The notes beneath the pieces are model-generated. The model was not told the DNA's origin, ran no database searches, and worked only from the letters and a program-made list of their open reading frames with translations. A stretch of 64,000 bases of DNA, from the NCBI GenBank assembly GCA_965243025.1, contig CBDETY010000003.1, positions 5,440,001-5,504,000 of the forward strand, written 5' to 3'. The translations under genes were made by a program, and so were the position numbers. Positions 60,935 through 64,000 of the stretch are shown piece after piece. Source of the DNA: Candidatus Latescibacterota bacterium. GTDB lineage: Bacteria > Latescibacterota > UBA2968 > UBA8231. Numbering within the stretch: the stretch's first letter is position 1; every line of letters starts with the position of its first letter.

Positions 60935-61749
60935 CCGCCGCCTGTCTCGTTTTTCTCGGGGTGTCGCTGTGCTGCTACCTGGCGGCGGCCTTCCTGTATC
61001 ACGTGCGGCTGTTCTTCAACAAGCCGCAGCTCGACCGCTGGGGGCGAAATGTCCTGCTGGCGGGGGTGGCCGTCCACGCCGGGGGGGTGATTCTGCACCT
61101 GCTGCTTTCGGGCCAGCCCCCCTTCTCCAGCATGCTGCTGGTGATTTCCCTGCTGATCGTTCCCTTCGTGGGAGCCGGAATGGCGGTCGAGCAGTTCACG
61201 GGCGTTCGCCACCTCGGCCTGCTGCTGGCGCCGCTGGCGTTTCTCGGGCTGCTCTACCCGCTGCTGATGCCGGTGCAGTTCGACGGCGCCGAGTCGATGC
61301 TCCTGCGCTTTCCCTGGCTCGGTGTGCACGTCCTCGTCACCCTGCTGGGGGACGCCGGCTTCGCCCTGGCATTCTGCACCGCGGCGATCTACCTCGTCCA
61401 GTCCCGGCAGCTGAAAAGGGGCCGTCTCAATCGCTACCTGCCGGCCCTGGACACCGCCGGCAGGATCACGGACTACGCGGTTGGGTACGGCTTCTTCCTG
61501 TTTTCGGCGGGGCTTGCCATGGGCCTTGTCTGGCTGCTGGGAGCTCCGGGGGAGTTCCTCGGGCGGGGAGACCCCAAGATACTGATGGCGGTGCCGACGT
61601 GGCTTTCGTATGCCGCCTACCTGTACCTGCGCGGTGTTCGCCACCAGTACGGGAGCCGCCTGAAGTGGCTGGTGATCGCCGGCTTCCTGTTCGTGGTCGC
61701 CAATCTTCTCGGCGTGCGCCACGACTTCGCGGAGTCCCCGGACCTGTAA
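60931..61749 (+). CDS. ccsA: Cytochrome c assembly protein (CcsA/HemX-like)
   Basis: GTG overlapping the hemA stop; ~8 TM helices; W..VH, LPALD, DPK. Confidence 0.75.
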   Translation: MTAACLVFLGVSLCCYLAAAFLYHVRLFFNKPQLDRWGRNVLLAGVAVHAGGVILHLLLSGQPPFSSMLLVISLLIVPFVGAGMAVEQFTGVRHLGLLLAPLAFLGLLYPLLMPVQFDGAESMLLRFPWLGVHVLVTLLGDAGFALAFCTAAIYLVQSRQLKRGRLNRYLPALDTAGRITDYAVGYGFFLFSAGLAMGLVWLLGAPGEFLGRGDPKILMAVPTWLSYAAYLYLRGVRHQYGSRLKWLVIAGFLFVVANLLGVRHDFAESPDL

Positions 61750-61923
61750 GCGGGCCAACGGCACCCGGAAGGCCGGGTGACGACTTCCATGCCCACGAAA
61801 TAGCGGACGGGCGTCCGAAATGCCGTGGATCTCCGATATTTCGTAGTCCTGCCTTCAAGACCCGGCTTTCTCTGAAAATTGCAACCTGTTGTTAATTAGT
61901 GGTTTTTATGATTTTTCATCGAT

Positions 61924-61939
61924 GGGCACGGAAGTTGCG
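61924..61939 (+). promoter_or_regulatory. Possible sigma-54 promoter
   Basis: GGGCACGGAAGTTGC (GG-N10-GC) preceded by an AT-rich tract. Confidence 0.45.
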
Positions 61940-62093
61940 TTCCCCCGAGGAAGGGCTGTCGCCGCACCGCTGCGTAAATCGAAACTTCGACGCTCGATGG
62001 CAAGCGTTCGGACAATGAACGACTACCGCGATCTCTCCGAGTAGAGGAGATGGAACCACGAGAGAAGCAGGGCCCGGCCCTGGGGAGTCATCC

Positions 62094-64000
62094 GTGAATC
62101 AGAAGATCCGCAGGGACCTTGCCCTCCTGGCAACCGCCTTCGCCCTGGCCGGGGCGGCCGGCGCCAGCCCCCACCACGTCCTCGAGGTCGAGCGCTTCGC
62201 GGCCCCGCCCGTGCTTGACGGGGAGTTCACGGACTGGAGCGGCGCCCACTGGACCCGGTTCTATCCCGGCGCCCCGCAGATGTCGGGGTTCAACGAGCTG
62301 AAGGACGACGGCGTGCCGGAACCGCCCGGCACCGCCGCAACCGCGGCCGACCTGTCGGGCCGCTTCTCGATCCGCTGGGACGAAGACTGGATCTATCTCG
62401 CCGCCGACGTGACCGACAACGTCCACGACGTCTCCGGCGGCACCAGCCTGACCTGGTACCTGAAGGACGGGATAGCCCTGTACCTCGACGTCCCGGACGA
62501 CGGCGACGGCGGCGAGTGGATACCGGGAGACCATGCCTTCGCCTTCGTCGCCGATCCCTCCGGTCCTCAGGACGGGCGCTGGTGGCGGCGCGGGGAAGCG
62601 CGAGGAAGCGAGGAGTCCCCTGCTCCTCCGGAGACGCGCCTGGCGGTCGCCCTCAGCGAGACGGGATACCGCATCGAGGCGGCGGTTCCGATGGGGCCGC
62701 TGACGGAACGCACCCCGGAGTGGAGGCCCCCGTTCGCCGGGCGCTCGGCCGGTTTCTTCCTGCTCGCCGCCGACCCGGACGGAGGTGCGGAGAGGGTCAG
62801 CCAGATCCTGTACGGCGGGGACGACGACAACGACGCCAACTGGGCGACCCTGCGGTTCGTCGAGGAGCGCCGCCCTTCCCCGGAAAGCACCGGTCCGGGA
62901 CCCGTGCTCGGTCGCCTTGCCGTTCCCCTGTCGCCGGAACGCGCCGGGGAGTTCCCCGGGGAGTTCGACGCCGCCCTGCTTCCGCTCCTCGAGCGGCGCG
63001 GTTTTCAGGCGGTGGAGGGCCCGGCCGCCACCGGCGCGGATTCATGGTTCACCTGTTTCTTCACGGCTCCCGGCACCACCCAACTGCGGCAATGGTGGGC
63101 GGACCTCGAGACCGATCCGGCATGGATCGCCGCGAAGGTCGCCCTGGCACGGTACGGCGCCCGCGGAAACGGGCAGGATTCCTCTGCCGCCCCGCGGGCG
63201 CTGACCGCCTGGATGCACCTCTACTCCTCCCCCGCCGGCGAGGGGACCCTCAGGGAGCTGGGGCCGGGCAACCCCCGGAACATCGAGCCGGTCACCGTGC
63301 GCGCCGGCGCCGGCGTCCGCAGCGGAAACTGGTGGAACCTCTCAGTGCCGGACGGAGTTTCGCAGACCGGGGAGATCCTTCAGGACGAGGAGGGGGCCCT
63401 GTGGCTGGCGACGGATCTCGGGGTCAGCCGCTTCGACGGCGTCCACGTCACCGGATACGAGGTCTCGGAAATGCTGCACGACGGATTCGTCAACGGGATC
63501 CACCGCGACCGGAGGGGGAACCTCTGGGTGGCGCGCGGCATGCGGACCTCCGATGGAAAGGGGGGCGGGCTGAGCCGCTTCGACGGCGTCAGCTGGCGCG
63601 ACTTCCACGTCGAGGACGGGCTGCCGTACAACTACCACAGCGCCGTCGCCGAGGACGCGGCCGGCCGCCTGTGGTTCGCGGCCGGGCGGGGCGTGAGCAG
63701 CCTCGCGGGGAACCGCCTGACCAGCTATACCCCGGAACATGGGTTGCCCGCCCCGTTTGTGCTCGACCTGCTGTGCACCAGGGACGGGGCGGTGTGGTTG
63801 GCGACCGCCGGCGGGGTGTCCCGTTTCGACGGCTCCACCTTCACCAACTACACCGGGGCGGACGGCCTGCCCGGCGGCGTCCAGGCCATCGCCGAGGACA
63901 GCTCCGGCAGGTTGTGGGTGGCCGGGGACGGGGGGGTCGCATACCGGGACGGGGATGGGTTCCGCCGCTTCGAAACAGGCGGCCTCGAATGGGTCACCGC
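62094..64000 (+). CDS. Large exported sensor-type protein: CBM9-like domain plus beta-propeller repeats (runs off the window)
   Basis: GTG after GGGGAG; MNQKIRRDLALLATAFALAGAAGA signal; PVLDGEFTDW, WDEDWIYLAADVTD; later DxxGxLW propeller repeats; absent from the ORF track, consistent with no stop before the edge. Confidence 0.8.
   Translation, partial: MNQKIRRDLALLATAFALAGAAGASPHHVLEVERFAAPPVLDGEFTDWSGAHWTRFYPGAPQMSGFNELKDDGVPEPPGTAATAADLSGRFSIRWDEDWIYLAADVTDNVHDVSGGTSLTWYLKDGIALYLDVPDDGDGGEWIPGDHAFAFVADPSGPQDGRWWRRGEARGSEESPAPPETRLAVALSETGYRIEAAVPMGPLTERTPEWRPPFAGRSAGFFLLAADPDGGAERVSQILYGGDDDNDANWATLRFVEERRPSPESTGPGPVLGRLAVPLSPERAGEFPGEFDAALLPLLERRGFQAVEGPAATGADSWFTCFFTAPGTTQLRQWWADLETDPAWIAAKVALARYGARGNGQDSSAAPRALTAWMHLYSSPAGEGTLRELGPGNPRNIEPVTVRAGAGVRSGNWWNLSVPDGVSQTGEILQDEEGALWLATDLGVSRFDGVHVTGYEVSEMLHDGFVNGIHRDRRGNLWVARGMRTSDGKGGGLSRFDGVSWRDFHVEDGLPYNYHSAVAEDAAGRLWFAAGRGVSSLAGNRLTSYTPEHGLPAPFVLDLLCTRDGAVWLATAGGVSRFDGSTFTNYTGADGLPGGVQAIAEDSSGRLWVAGDGGVAYRDGDGFRRFETGGLEWVT

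Noticed and set aside
59636-61749. hemA-ccsA linkage as a novelty
   Set aside because: Common arrangement in heme biosynthesis loci

Overview
GC-rich bacterial DNA. FlgD-Ig C-termini, 'AVE..SWGRIK' tails and multiple PhyH and GHL10-like genes suggest a Latescibacterota/Poribacteria-like host (inference only). Three zones. (1) 1-6.6 kb: an operon of large uncharacterised exported proteins. (2) ~6.6-35.7 kb: a patchwork of intact genes, truncated genes and re-used blocks of differing base composition. It contains six copies of two IS91/ISCR-type oriIS ends, one ISCR transposase remnant and one intact IS1182/IS5-type element. The shortest ori copies (~70 bp) are essentially an outward-facing promoter plus the ori, and two sit just upstream of intact genes. 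This zone also has a phosphatase carrying an in-frame, circularly permuted F-type lectin insert. (3) ~35.8-64 kb: mostly intact backbone with catabolic genes (PhyH, four GHL10-like, C-N hydrolase, BNR, GH127-like), ggt, hemA-ccsA, two beta-propeller sensor proteins and a stand-alone ~300 nt structured transcript. No rRNA, tRNA or CRISPR array was recognised. All family calls come from motif recognition by eye, and mis-assembly of zone 2 cannot be excluded without reads.
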